Below, piece after piece: positions 31,135 through 40,407 of a DNA stretch of 64,000 nt. Under the pieces are notes generated by a model. The model was given only the letters and a program-made list of their open reading frames with translations. It did no database searches and was not told the origin of the DNA. Position numbers and translations under genes: made by a program. This stretch comes from Bdellovibrionota bacterium (GTDB lineage: Bacteria > Bdellovibrionota_C > UBA2361 > CALJRW01): positions 1 to 64,000 of the forward strand of contig JBGSMD010000046.1 in assembly GCA_041740355.1 (NCBI GenBank), written 5' to 3'. Every line of letters begins with the position of its first letter. The first letter of the stretch is position 1.

Positions 31135-33633
31135 ATGAGTCTTACCTTTAATAATTCTTCGTTACTTTTTTTAGTAATCCCATTGCTTGTGATATTTTTC
31201 TTGTTCAAGCAAGAAAAAAGCTTGCGAGTTAAAGTGCTGGAAACTTTAGCGCTAATGAGTTTAATTTTAGCACTTGCTCACCCAGTCTCTCGAACAATGA
31301 TCAAAGCCGAGGGCGTGATTGTAGCAGTAGATCAATCGGCCAGTATTACGCCGCAACTTGCTAGCGATTTTAATAAGCGTTTAGCAGAATTATCTTTACC
31401 AAAAGAAACTAAATTTGTTTCCTTTGCGGGAGGCTTGGGTTCCTTAGAAGCTAGCCTTAAAGAGGCTAATCAAACAAAACTAGATCGCACCAAGGCTAGT
31501 AATTTTGAAAATCTGATTAATTACTTTCCTCAGACTCCTCTTGTTTTACTATCTGACGGACAAGAGAATTCCGGAAATGCAATTACGGCCTTACAGCTTC
31601 GCGGACGAGAAGCACCAATTTATCCAATTGTTCTGGAAGGGGAGGAGATTGTCTCTGGATTTCAGATTGAGAAATTAGCGGTTCCGCTAATGTCTGATGC
31701 TGGGATTCGCCAAGACTTAACAGTCTTGTTTAAGAATTTCACAGCTGAAGAAGTTTCCGGAAAGATTCTGATTAAACAAGAGGAACAAGTTTTAAAAGAG
31801 GAAGATCGTGAATTGGCGGCGCAGGAGATTCTTAACTATTCGTTTTCAACAAAAGAACTAAAACCAGGATTAAATAAATTTACTGTTGAATTTAAAGACG
31901 CCTCTGTTCCGACAAATTCGTTAGTATTTTATATTACGGGTAAAGAAAAGAATCAGGTTCTGATCCTGACCGACAGTGCTGCTGAGTCTAAGCTACTAGA
32001 GACCGCTTTATTAAATCAGAAATATAAAGTTGAATTACAAGACTCTTCTCAGAAGCATGTTGTCGTCGAGGACTTGGCTAAATATCAAATTATTTTCTTC
32101 AACAATATTCCCTTTAGATCTTTGCCCGATCCGCTAGTTGACTCATTAAAGGGCTACCTAAAACAAGGGGGCTCACTAATGATGTTAGGTGGGAATAAAA
32201 GCTTTGGACTTGGTGGCTATAAAGACACAGTAGTTGAGGAAATTTTACCAGTTAATGTTTTAAAGCCTGAAAAAATCCAACAACGAGTAAACGTTGCGGT
32301 AGCTCTAGTGCTCGATAAATCAGGTAGCATGAGAGCTAGCCAAAGAATGGATTACACCAAGTTGGCTTCGCGCTCAGTAATTGAGGCATTAAAAGATGAT
32401 GATTATTTCGGACTAATTGGTTTTGATAATCAGCCATTTATTGCACTCAATATGCAACAAATGAATGCTTCCAATAGAGAGAAAGCTGCTAAGCGTGTAG
32501 AGCTATTATTCCCTAATGGCGGAACAAGTCTTTATCCAGCAATGGATGTTGCTCGGCAAGAATTAGAATTGGCTAAGGCAGGAAGAAAACACATGATTAT
32601 TCTAACCGATGGTCGCTTGCCGGATGAAGCACAGTTGGGGTCTAGTTATCTGAATATGGCCCGAGAACTTAAGGCTACAAATATTTCTGTTTCTACTTTC
32701 TTAATTGGGAGTGATGATTCCACCTTATTAAAAGAGATTGCAACTTTTGGTGGGGGGAAATTTCACCAAACAATGGATGCACAAAGTCTGCCACGTTTAT
32801 TTTTAGATGATGTGAAGATGAATACTGCTGAAAAAACGCAAAAAGAATTCTCGGAGTACCCTGTTAAAAAGTTTCCTGGATCCAGTAGTCGCTTAACTAA
32901 ACTAACTGAGTTTCCAAGTCTTCTGGGATATGTAGAAACTAAAATTAAGAAGGGTGCAGAATTAGAATTAGTTACAACCGCTGTTAATGATGATCCAATT
33001 TTAGCTGGCTGGACCCACGAAGGTGGTCGCGTGGTCGCCTTCACTGGAGATCTCTCTGGTCGTTGGTCAAAAAATTGGATTGTTTGGAAATCGATTTATG
33101 AGTTCTTAGAACAGGTTTTAAATTATTTGACTCCAAGCAAAGATGGACATTTATTTTCAGATTTTGAATTTGATTATTTGATTAAAGGGCAGAGGCTACA
33201 ACTTAACTTAACTACCTATCAAAGTTCTTTTCAGGTGGGAGATTTTCCACTGAATATTACTTGGGCTGATGATTCTACGGAAGAACAAAGTTTTATGACT
33301 ATAAGTAAAGGGTATTATCAGGCAGACATTGATGCTCCTGTAGCTGGACTTGCTAAGGTTAAACTCGGAACCCCTGATGGCCGGGATCACCAATTTATTA
33401 TTGACATTCCAAATCCTGACGAGGTTGAACGACCGATGGGTGTAAACCAAGCCTTCCTTAACTCATTAGCAAGTTTAAGTGGTGGTGAAATTAATCCAAA
33501 AGAAATTAAAGCCACTTCTGCCGCCCAGTCCAAGCAGACGGAGCAGTCTTGGCAGGTATCATTTTTACTAATGTCTTTAATTTTATTTCTGCTCGCGATC
33601 TGCGCACGAGAAGGTGTTTTCTCAAGGCGCTAG
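31135..33633 (+). CDS. vWA domain membrane protein with GATase1-like domain
   Basis: Degenerate vWA (VDQSAS, LLSDGQENSG), GGSLMMLGG.SFGLGGY..T.VEEILPV, MIDAS LDKSGSM...ILTDG, GGRVVAFTGD and a C-terminal TM. Confidence 0.88.
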   Translation: MSLTFNNSSLLFLVIPLLVIFFLFKQEKSLRVKVLETLALMSLILALAHPVSRTMIKAEGVIVAVDQSASITPQLASDFNKRLAELSLPKETKFVSFAGGLGSLEASLKEANQTKLDRTKASNFENLINYFPQTPLVLLSDGQENSGNAITALQLRGREAPIYPIVLEGEEIVSGFQIEKLAVPLMSDAGIRQDLTVLFKNFTAEEVSGKILIKQEEQVLKEEDRELAAQEILNYSFSTKELKPGLNKFTVEFKDASVPTNSLVFYITGKEKNQVLILTDSAAESKLLETALLNQKYKVELQDSSQKHVVVEDLAKYQIIFFNNIPFRSLPDPLVDSLKGYLKQGGSLMMLGGNKSFGLGGYKDTVVEEILPVNVLKPEKIQQRVNVAVALVLDKSGSMRASQRMDYTKLASRSVIEALKDDDYFGLIGFDNQPFIALNMQQMNASNREKAAKRVELLFPNGGTSLYPAMDVARQELELAKAGRKHMIILTDGRLPDEAQLGSSYLNMARELKATNISVSTFLIGSDDSTLLKEIATFGGGKFHQTMDAQSLPRLFLDDVKMNTAEKTQKEFSEYPVKKFPGSSSRLTKLTEFPSLLGYVETKIKKGAELELVTTAVNDDPILAGWTHEGGRVVAFTGDLSGRWSKNWIVWKSIYEFLEQVLNYLTPSKDGHLFSDFEFDYLIKGQRLQLNLTTYQSSFQVGDFPLNITWADDSTEEQSFMTISKGYYQADIDAPVAGLAKVKLGTPDGRDHQFIIDIPNPDEVERPMGVNQAFLNSLASLSGGEINPKEIKATSAAQSKQTEQSWQVSFLLMSLILFLLAICAREGVFSRR

Positions 33634-33650
33634 TAATAAAAACTCTGTTT

Positions 33651-34583
33651 TTAAAGAGACTCTAAGTAGCGTTCAGCTTCAATCGAAGCCATACAACCGC
33701 TACCAGCTGCAGTGATCGCCTGACGATAAACTTTATCGCGAACATCACCACAAGCAAAAACACCGGGGATTTTTGTTTTAGTAGAATCCGGCGAAGTAAT
33801 AATATATCCATCTGTATCTAGATCTAGCTGTGTCTCAAATAATTGTGAATTTGGGACATGGCCAATTGCCATAAAAATTCCTGAAATTTCCAGTTCGCTT
33901 TTTGATTGATCTAAGGTGTTTGTTAGAATTATTTTTTTTAAACCTGCTGGTTTTTCACCAACTAATTCACTAACAGCACTATTCCAGACAAGCTCAATTT
34001 TTGGATTTTTAAATACTCTATCTTGCATGATTTTAGATGCTCGGAGCTGATCGCGGCGATGGATTAAGTAAACTTTCTTAGCAAAGCGAGTTAAGAAGAG
34101 CGCTTCTTCGCAGGCAGAATCACCACCTCCAACTACCGCAATAGTTTGCTCACGATAAAAAGCGCCATCGCAAGTTGCGCAGGTAGACACTCCAAAACCA
34201 ATTAAACTTTTTTCGTTGGGAAGATCTAAATATCTAGGATTAGCACCGGTAGCAATAATTATGGTATCAGTTGTAAATGTCTCTTCAGCAGTTTTAATTT
34301 TATATGGCTTAACTGTTAAATCTACCGCTTCGACCAGAGCAGTTTTAATATTACATCCAAAACGCTTGGCTTGGTTTTCCATTTCTTGCATTAGGTCAGG
34401 ACCAAGGATTCCATCAACAAATCCCGGATAGTTTTCTACCTCGGTAGTTGTTGTTAGCTGGCCACCAGGCATGCTGCCTTGAATTAAAAGGGGAGCTAGA
34501 TTTGCACGAGCAGAATAAATTGCAGCAGTGTATCCTGCAGGTCCCGAACCAATGATAATAATGTGGTGATGTTGAGTGCTCAT
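33651..34583 (-). CDS. trxB: Thioredoxin-disulfide reductase
   Basis: IIGSGPAGYTAA, GGQLTTTTEVENYPG, CATCDG, VGGGDSA, YRQAITAAGSG. Confidence 0.97.
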   Translation of the reverse strand: MSTQHHHIIIIGSGPAGYTAAIYSARANLAPLLIQGSMPGGQLTTTTEVENYPGFVDGILGPDLMQEMENQAKRFGCNIKTALVEAVDLTVKPYKIKTAEETFTTDTIIIATGANPRYLDLPNEKSLIGFGVSTCATCDGAFYREQTIAVVGGGDSACEEALFLTRFAKKVYLIHRRDQLRASKIMQDRVFKNPKIELVWNSAVSELVGEKPAGLKKIILTNTLDQSKSELEISGIFMAIGHVPNSQLFETQLDLDTDGYIITSPDSTKTKIPGVFACGDVRDKVYRQAITAAGSGCMASIEAERYLESL

Positions 34584-34593
34584 AAGTGTTACG

Positions 34594-35301
34594 TTAATGA
34601 TTCTTGATAAATTCCGCAAGGTAACTTGGAATAGACGCTGTAAATTCAGTTTTATTACAATAAGAATTTTTTGGTACTTTAAGTGCTAAGCCATGTAGCA
34701 AAAATTTTGGAAATTCATTTAAATCATAATTGCTAAAAGATTTATCACTGCCATAAAGCGAGTCGCCAAGTAAAGGAATATTCAAAAAACCAGCTTGAGC
34801 ACGGACTTGATGCCGACGACCAAAACAAGTCTGAGCTTTTATTAAATAAAGTTTTTTAGAAATAATTTCTTGTTCTACTGAAAATAGTGTTTCTGCATAA
34901 AGTGCTCGCGGGATAGGATCTTCCGAAATACTTATTTTTTTACTCCCCCGATAGCGAGAGTATAGATAATTTTTCACCCAGGTAGGCTGACTAATCCCTC
35001 GTTCGCTTAAAAATAAATACTCCTTGGCCAGTTGGTGATTTTTAATTTTTTCTTTAAAGAAATTAAAAGCAGGAATTGTTTTGGCAACAAGAAAGCATCC
35101 GGAAGTTTCATAATCAAGTCGTTGAAGCAAGCCACCTTCCTCGTTAATTAATAAATTTTGCGGATAAGAATTTTTTATAAACTCTGCAATTGTATTCTCT
35201 GAGTTTTTACCAAAAGTAGAATGTACTTCGGCCGGCTTATTAATTACTAAGATACTTTCATTTTCAAAGATGATTTGGTAGCCTGCCTTTTTCTTTTCCA
35301 T
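34594..35301 (-). CDS. RluA-family RNA pseudouridine synthase
   Basis: INKPA, QRLDYETSG (catalytic Asp), GRRHQVR, PLLGDSLYG, LH. Confidence 0.9.
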   Translation of the reverse strand: MEKKKAGYQIIFENESILVINKPAEVHSTFGKNSENTIAEFIKNSYPQNLLINEEGGLLQRLDYETSGCFLVAKTIPAFNFFKEKIKNHQLAKEYLFLSERGISQPTWVKNYLYSRYRGSKKISISEDPIPRALYAETLFSVEQEIISKKLYLIKAQTCFGRRHQVRAQAGFLNIPLLGDSLYGSDKSFSNYDLNEFPKFLLHGLALKVPKNSYCNKTEFTASIPSYLAEFIKNH

Positions 35302-35317
35302 ATATCAGACTAATTTA

Positions 35318-35800
35318 ATGAAGAATCTAACTTTAAAGCAAGTGCTTCAAAAATACTCCGAGGGTCCGCAAACAGGAATTTTCACAGATGGTGGATCTCG
35401 GCCCAATCCTGGACCTGGTGGATGGGGCGTTGTTCGTGTCGCTAATGGAGAAGTAGTGCAGCAGCTCTATGGCTCAGATCCAATGACTACTAACAATCGA
35501 ATGGAAATGACTGCTATTATTAATGCCTTAAAGTCTATTTCTGTAGATGAAGATGTAACAATCTACGCGGACAGTCAGCTCTGTATTAATACGCTCACAG
35601 TCTGGGCTAAGTCTTGGGAGCGTAATGCTTGGAAAAAGAAAGGTGGAGAGATTAAGAATCTAGATTTAGTTCAAGAAGCTTATGCCTTGTTTCAAGAACG
35701 ACCACGCACACGATTTGAATGGATTGCCGGCCATGGTGGTTGGTTGTGGAATGAATACGTTGATTCTCTGTCTGCTGCCTGGGCTAGAGAAGTTCTGTAG
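35318..35800 (+). CDS. rnhA: Ribonuclease HI
   Basis: FTDGGSRPNPGPGGWG, TTNNRMEM, YADSQ, KNLDL, W..GH, NEYVD. Confidence 0.95.
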   Translation: MKNLTLKQVLQKYSEGPQTGIFTDGGSRPNPGPGGWGVVRVANGEVVQQLYGSDPMTTNNRMEMTAIINALKSISVDEDVTIYADSQLCINTLTVWAKSWERNAWKKKGGEIKNLDLVQEAYALFQERPRTRFEWIAGHGGWLWNEYVDSLSAAWAREVL

Positions 35801-35802
35801 TT

Positions 35803-35870
35803 CTCCCCTTTTGGGACAAAGAATCTCGAGCCATTTAAACATTCTGATGTAAAATGTCCCAAAAGGGGAG
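35803..35870. repeat. Palindromic element, family C, copy 2 (between convergent genes, may act as a bidirectional terminator)
   Basis: CTCCCCTTTTGGGACA ... TGTCCCAAAAGGGGAG perfect 16-bp inverted repeat. Confidence 0.78.
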
Positions 35871-35874
35871 GGTG

Positions 35875-36774
35875 CTATTGCTCTAGCTCCACAACCTGAG
35901 TAAGGATTTTTCCCAGATACTGATTCGTTAAGTTCTCATTTCCTAGTTTAGAAAATTTCTTAATCGCTTCTTCCCAAGTTCCAGCGGCGGCTTTTTTTTC
36001 TACTAATAATTGCAGACCTAAGCGGATGTTATAAATCGGATGATATAAACTCACCGTTCCTAAGAAGGGCAAATTAATTTTTTTAGTAATTAATTTAGCT
36101 TCATCTGGATGGATTTGTAATAGACCCACTCGACCATTGCTACTTTCCGAGTAGCGATTAAATTGTGATTCCAAACTAATTAATAGAGTTGTTATGATTG
36201 GGTTAAGTTTAATTGCCTGACTTTCGGTAATGATAATTGTTGCTAATTCCTCGGAATTTAAATTAGCAATCTTTTGTTTGGCTATATATTTGGCAATAAA
36301 TACTTGATAATTTTTACTTTGATCAAAATCAAAAATCTTATTGGAATTTTCTAACGAGGGACTTACGATGGGCTCTAGGGTATCGGTTGTAACTTCAGCT
36401 ATTACTGTTTCCAAGGAGATCTTTGGTGTTGGTTCCGGAGTAACAGTAAGCTCCTGATTCTTAATTTCAGTCTCTTTAATTTCTGAGACTATCGAATCTT
36501 TAATGATCTTGTCTGGAAATATTTCCCCTTCCTTTTTAAAAAGTCCTTTCAATAATTCTGACTTTTCAAAGTCTTCGATTGACTTTGTATTTCCTTCTAC
36601 CACTTGATTAATTACTGGGTTATCTGGATTACTCTCTGCTGATTGTTTCTTTTTAGATAATACTTTCAGGCTTCCTAGGAGTAGTACTGAAAGGAAGAAG
36701 CAAAATACAGCTAGCCTGATAGCTACTTTAAAATAACTCAAATGATTATTTGGTTGATGTTCCAATGATGTCAT
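35875..36774 (-). CDS. Membrane-anchored lytic transglycosylase (SLT domain)
   Basis: N-terminal TM, LESQFN, GRVGLLQI, PIYNIRLG. The C-terminal AYN motif is degenerate. Confidence 0.8.
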   Translation of the reverse strand: MTSLEHQPNNHLSYFKVAIRLAVFCFFLSVLLLGSLKVLSKKKQSAESNPDNPVINQVVEGNTKSIEDFEKSELLKGLFKKEGEIFPDKIIKDSIVSEIKETEIKNQELTVTPEPTPKISLETVIAEVTTDTLEPIVSPSLENSNKIFDFDQSKNYQVFIAKYIAKQKIANLNSEELATIIITESQAIKLNPIITTLLISLESQFNRYSESSNGRVGLLQIHPDEAKLITKKINLPFLGTVSLYHPIYNIRLGLQLLVEKKAAAGTWEEAIKKFSKLGNENLTNQYLGKILTQVVELEQ

Positions 36775-36789
36775 TAAGACTTTGCCGGA

Positions 36790-37617
36790 TTAAATTGTTT
36801 GCAAGATGCTGATATCTTTTTTGCCAGAGTGTTGGGTGTAAGCATGCTTCCAATTATCCCTTAGTTTTTGAATTTTGGCACTGTAACTAATGCTAACGCT
36901 TGGAGGATTCTTACCTTTCATTACATTATTAGGCCCCCAGTTATAGGCTAAAAGCATCTTATGAGTATTCCCAGAAAATATTTTCTTAAGATATTGAATG
37001 TACGATATTCCTAATCTTAAGTTGACGGTAGGATTATCTAAAGTGTGTAAACCTTTCCACTGATAGTTAATTTTTCTAGCAATGTATTCTCCAGTTTTTG
37101 GCATTATTTGCATTAGGCCTCTCGCACCAACATTTGATCTAGCATGTGTGCGAAAAGAGCTTTCTGAAAAGACTACAGCTGCTACGAAAAAAGGATCTTC
37201 GTTGGCGATTAAACTCTCACTAATGATTTTAAATGCCAATTCTTCCGGGTTAGAAATATCATATTTTGTTTTGCTGATAATTTCTTCGCTAAAAAAGGAA
37301 ATTAGCTGGGCAAACTCTAATTGCGAGTGATGATCTCCCGGAACGAATTCGATAATTGGTGATTTTCGAGAAATAAAACCAGTTTGAAGAGTAAAGTCAC
37401 TCCAATAGTCATTAGTAGCAAGGATTTCTAAGGAAGATGATAACTTATTATTAACAGCGAGTGGGATTGCAATAATGATCAGACTAGCAATCGCTAGAAA
37501 TAAACACAGGATTCCAAGATCTAGTTTTGTAATCTTGGATTGGACTTCAGCATTGCTATCTAGTGATAATAACTCTTCAACAACCAGCTTATCATTAATA
37601 AAACCTGCTAAATCCAT
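36790..37617 (-). CDS. Membrane-anchored lytic transglycosylase (SLT domain)
   Basis: TM, SESSF, ARSNVGARGLMQIMP, NLRLG, LAYNWGP. ATG at 37617 preferred. Confidence 0.88.
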   Translation of the reverse strand: MDLAGFINDKLVVEELLSLDSNAEVQSKITKLDLGILCLFLAIASLIIIAIPLAVNNKLSSSLEILATNDYWSDFTLQTGFISRKSPIIEFVPGDHHSQLEFAQLISFFSEEIISKTKYDISNPEELAFKIISESLIANEDPFFVAAVVFSESSFRTHARSNVGARGLMQIMPKTGEYIARKINYQWKGLHTLDNPTVNLRLGISYIQYLKKIFSGNTHKMLLAYNWGPNNVMKGKNPPSVSISYSAKIQKLRDNWKHAYTQHSGKKDISILQTI

Positions 37618-37748
37618 ATAATAACATCGGATTTTGAATAGTATTTGCTTCAGCATAAGATTTCTAGTAAAATCAAGTATTTGTGGCACTCAAATCATTG
37701 GCATATTTAGCCCTTGAGTTAGATGAACCTTTTTGCACGGCTAGATTC

Positions 37749-39626
37749 ATGAATTATTCAGTTATCGTTATCGGTGGAGGGCATGCAGGAGTTGAAGCTG
37801 CTGCTGCTGCCTGTCGTTTGGGTGCAACAGTTGCCTTGGTAACTCTTCGAAAAGAAGGTATCGGACAAATGTCCTGTAACCCAGCAATTGGTGGTTTAGG
37901 TAAAGGCCAATTAGTCAAAGAAGTTGATGCGCTAGGAGGTTTGATGGGCCAAGCTATTGATAATACTGGAGTTCAATTCAGGATTCTAAACTCCAGCCGT
38001 GGGCCTGCTGTCCAATCATCCAGAGCTCAAGCAGACCGCACATTATACAAAGAAGAGATTCAAAGACTCCTAGGATTACTGCCAAACTTAGATATTATTG
38101 AAGGTGAGGTTGCTCAGATTTTAGCTAATAATCATGAGGTAAAGGGTATTGTACTTAAGGATGGTTTGCAGCTGCATTCTTCAAACATTGTTCTAACTTC
38201 GGGCACTTTTCTTCGTGGGCTGATGCATACAGGTTCTAATATTACTCCAGGTGGTCGACATGGGGATATTTCCTCTAACAATTTAAGTGATTCTTTAAAG
38301 GATCTTGGTTTTGAACTGGGCAGGTTAAAAACTGGAACACCTGCAAGGTTGCGACTTTCTTCGATTGATTTCTCGAAAACTGAAGAGCAATGCGGTGATT
38401 TAGTTCCCCAACCTTTTTCGATGCTAACGAAGAAGATTGATCGAAAACAAATTTCTTGTTGGATTACCAGTACCTCAGAGGCAACCCACGAGATTATTCG
38501 CACAAACAAAGAGCGCAGTCCGATGTTTAATGGTCAAATAAAATCCGGCGGTCCAAGATACTGCCCATCAATTGAAGATAAGGTTTTTCGTTTCACAGAT
38601 AAAAATAGTCATCATGTATTTTTAGAACCAGAAGGTTATGATTCGGACATTGTCTATCCCAATGGAATCTCCACAAGTTTACCTTTAGATGTTCAAGATA
38701 AATTTATTCGAACTATTCCAGGTTTGGAAAATGTTGAAATTCTTGTTCCTGGATATGCTGTGGAATATGACATGGTCGATCCACGAAACTTGAAACCAAC
38801 TTTAGAAACAAAATTAATTGCTGGATTATATTTTGCAGGACAGATTAACGGCACTTCCGGATATGAAGAAGCCGCAGGACAAGGAGTAGTTGCCGGAGCA
38901 AATGCAGCACTTAGATTTCAAGAACAAGAGCAACTAATTCTTTCCAGAGCCGAGGCTTACATTGGGGTGATGATTGATGATCTAATTAGTAAAGGCGTTG
39001 ATGAGCCTTATCGAATGTTCACCTCGCGCGCTGAGTATCGACTGATACTTAGAGAGGACAACGTTTCTTTACGATTGTGCCCTAAGGCAATCGAGCTAGG
39101 TCTATTATCAGAGGCAGGTATTGTTCGTTATCAAGAACTGCAAGCAGCTTACGATCAACTGAGCCTTAATATTGAACAAGAACGAATTTCTCCAAAACGA
39201 CATCAGGATATAATTGAAAAGCTACCAACAAGCAGTGAAGTCAAAGATGGAACAAAGGTTGCTGATTTAGTTCGTCGGCCTGAGCTTAAGCTCGAACAAA
39301 TATTAGAATTTTTCCCAGATTGGGGAATTTTTCCAAGTCAAATTATTACAATGGTAGAAACGCAGTTAAAATTTTCTGGTTATATTAAAAGACAAGAGTC
39401 CGAGATTGAGCAGCTAAAAAAAGCTGAGCGGCAATTAATTCCGGAAGGCTTCGCTTACCACAACGTGTCTGGACTTCGAGAAGAATTTAAACAAAAACTT
39501 TCTCTTGCTCGACCTCATTCGCTGGGTCAAGCAATGCGCATACCGGGAATGACACCAAGTGCCGTGAGTCTATTATCAATTAGCTTGAAAAAGTCTTTGT
39601 CGCAGGAAGCTCCGCAGTTAAACTAA
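37749..39626 (+). CDS. mnmG: tRNA uridine-5-carboxymethylaminomethyl modification enzyme
   Basis: [67 protein letters not shown]. Confidence 0.98.
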   Translation: MNYSVIVIGGGHAGVEAAAAACRLGATVALVTLRKEGIGQMSCNPAIGGLGKGQLVKEVDALGGLMGQAIDNTGVQFRILNSSRGPAVQSSRAQADRTLYKEEIQRLLGLLPNLDIIEGEVAQILANNHEVKGIVLKDGLQLHSSNIVLTSGTFLRGLMHTGSNITPGGRHGDISSNNLSDSLKDLGFELGRLKTGTPARLRLSSIDFSKTEEQCGDLVPQPFSMLTKKIDRKQISCWITSTSEATHEIIRTNKERSPMFNGQIKSGGPRYCPSIEDKVFRFTDKNSHHVFLEPEGYDSDIVYPNGISTSLPLDVQDKFIRTIPGLENVEILVPGYAVEYDMVDPRNLKPTLETKLIAGLYFAGQINGTSGYEEAAGQGVVAGANAALRFQEQEQLILSRAEAYIGVMIDDLISKGVDEPYRMFTSRAEYRLILREDNVSLRLCPKAIELGLLSEAGIVRYQELQAAYDQLSLNIEQERISPKRHQDIIEKLPTSSEVKDGTKVADLVRRPELKLEQILEFFPDWGIFPSQIITMVETQLKFSGYIKRQESEIEQLKKAERQLIPEGFAYHNVSGLREEFKQKLSLARPHSLGQAMRIPGMTPSAVSLLSISLKKSLSQEAPQLN

Positions 39627-39750
39627 CACATAAGATCTCTGGCAATATATTTTCGAACAAAAATCCTAGAAAGTTATTAATAAAAACTTATTATATTATC
39701 CAAAAAAATTAATTGCTTATTAATAAAATAAGGTAAGCTGTTTTTTTGAA

Positions 39751-39825
39751 ATAACCATGTGATTTTATTATCCCTCCGAGAGACAGGGAGTATCAAAAAG
39801 TAATTTACCTCAGGAAATTAAGAAC
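39751..39825 (-). repeat. Palindromic dispersed repeat, family B, copy 4 (reverse orientation, degenerate)
   Basis: ATAACCATGTGATTTTATTATCCC...CAAAAAGTAATTTACCTCAGGAAATTA matches the reverse complement of copy 1. Confidence 0.65.
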
Positions 39826-40407
39826 TTAATAATGATAACGATAGTATCATTCATTAAGCTTCTCTAGGGGGTAAGCAGGAGACAAATAGTAAACCCAACT
39901 TGAAACAGATTCGTCACTCTATGGTATATCCAAAGGCACTTTGAAGAAATCTAATAAGTGGGACTATATATATGCAGAATTTTATATCGACTAAAGTTTA
40001 TTTGAAAGTATTTTGAATTTGCGATAACTGCCTGAAATCATTACACAGAAACCAGTTCAAAGAACCACAATGATCTAAGTAGTATCGATTGAGTTAAACC
40101 TAAGCTAGCTAAGGTTAGCAATCCGCAACCTCGGTCTAGTTCTACTATTTAATAACTTTCTTAAAATAGGAAATTATCAAATAAAGAATATTACTTCTCG
40201 GGCAGTGTTAAAATTGAAGCAAAATAAAAATAGAACATTAAAGAGCATAAAGAATAACTAGATGATTCATTTTAGTTAGTTGAAATGTAAAATAACTTAT
40301 TGCAAATATTTTTTAACGATGTATGTTACTGGTCAGATTCAGGTGCTACATTTCCAGCATTGAGTCTGGCCAATATTATTGTTCTTTTTTCGCTAATGGA
40401 GAATTAC

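Noticed and set aside
30950-31138. 62-aa ORF between the BatA and vWA genes
   Set aside because: It lies almost entirely within the 204-bp repeat and has no protein-like features, so it is treated as a by-product of the element.
37683-37748. TGGCA motifs in the SLT/mnmG divergent region as sigma54 promoters
   Set aside because: No GC at the required GG-N10-GC spacing.
39826-40407. Long intergenic region upstream of pilQ as a riboswitch or pilP remnant
   Set aside because: Only a weak AT-rich hairpin is visible, with no recognisable aptamer or coding remnant.
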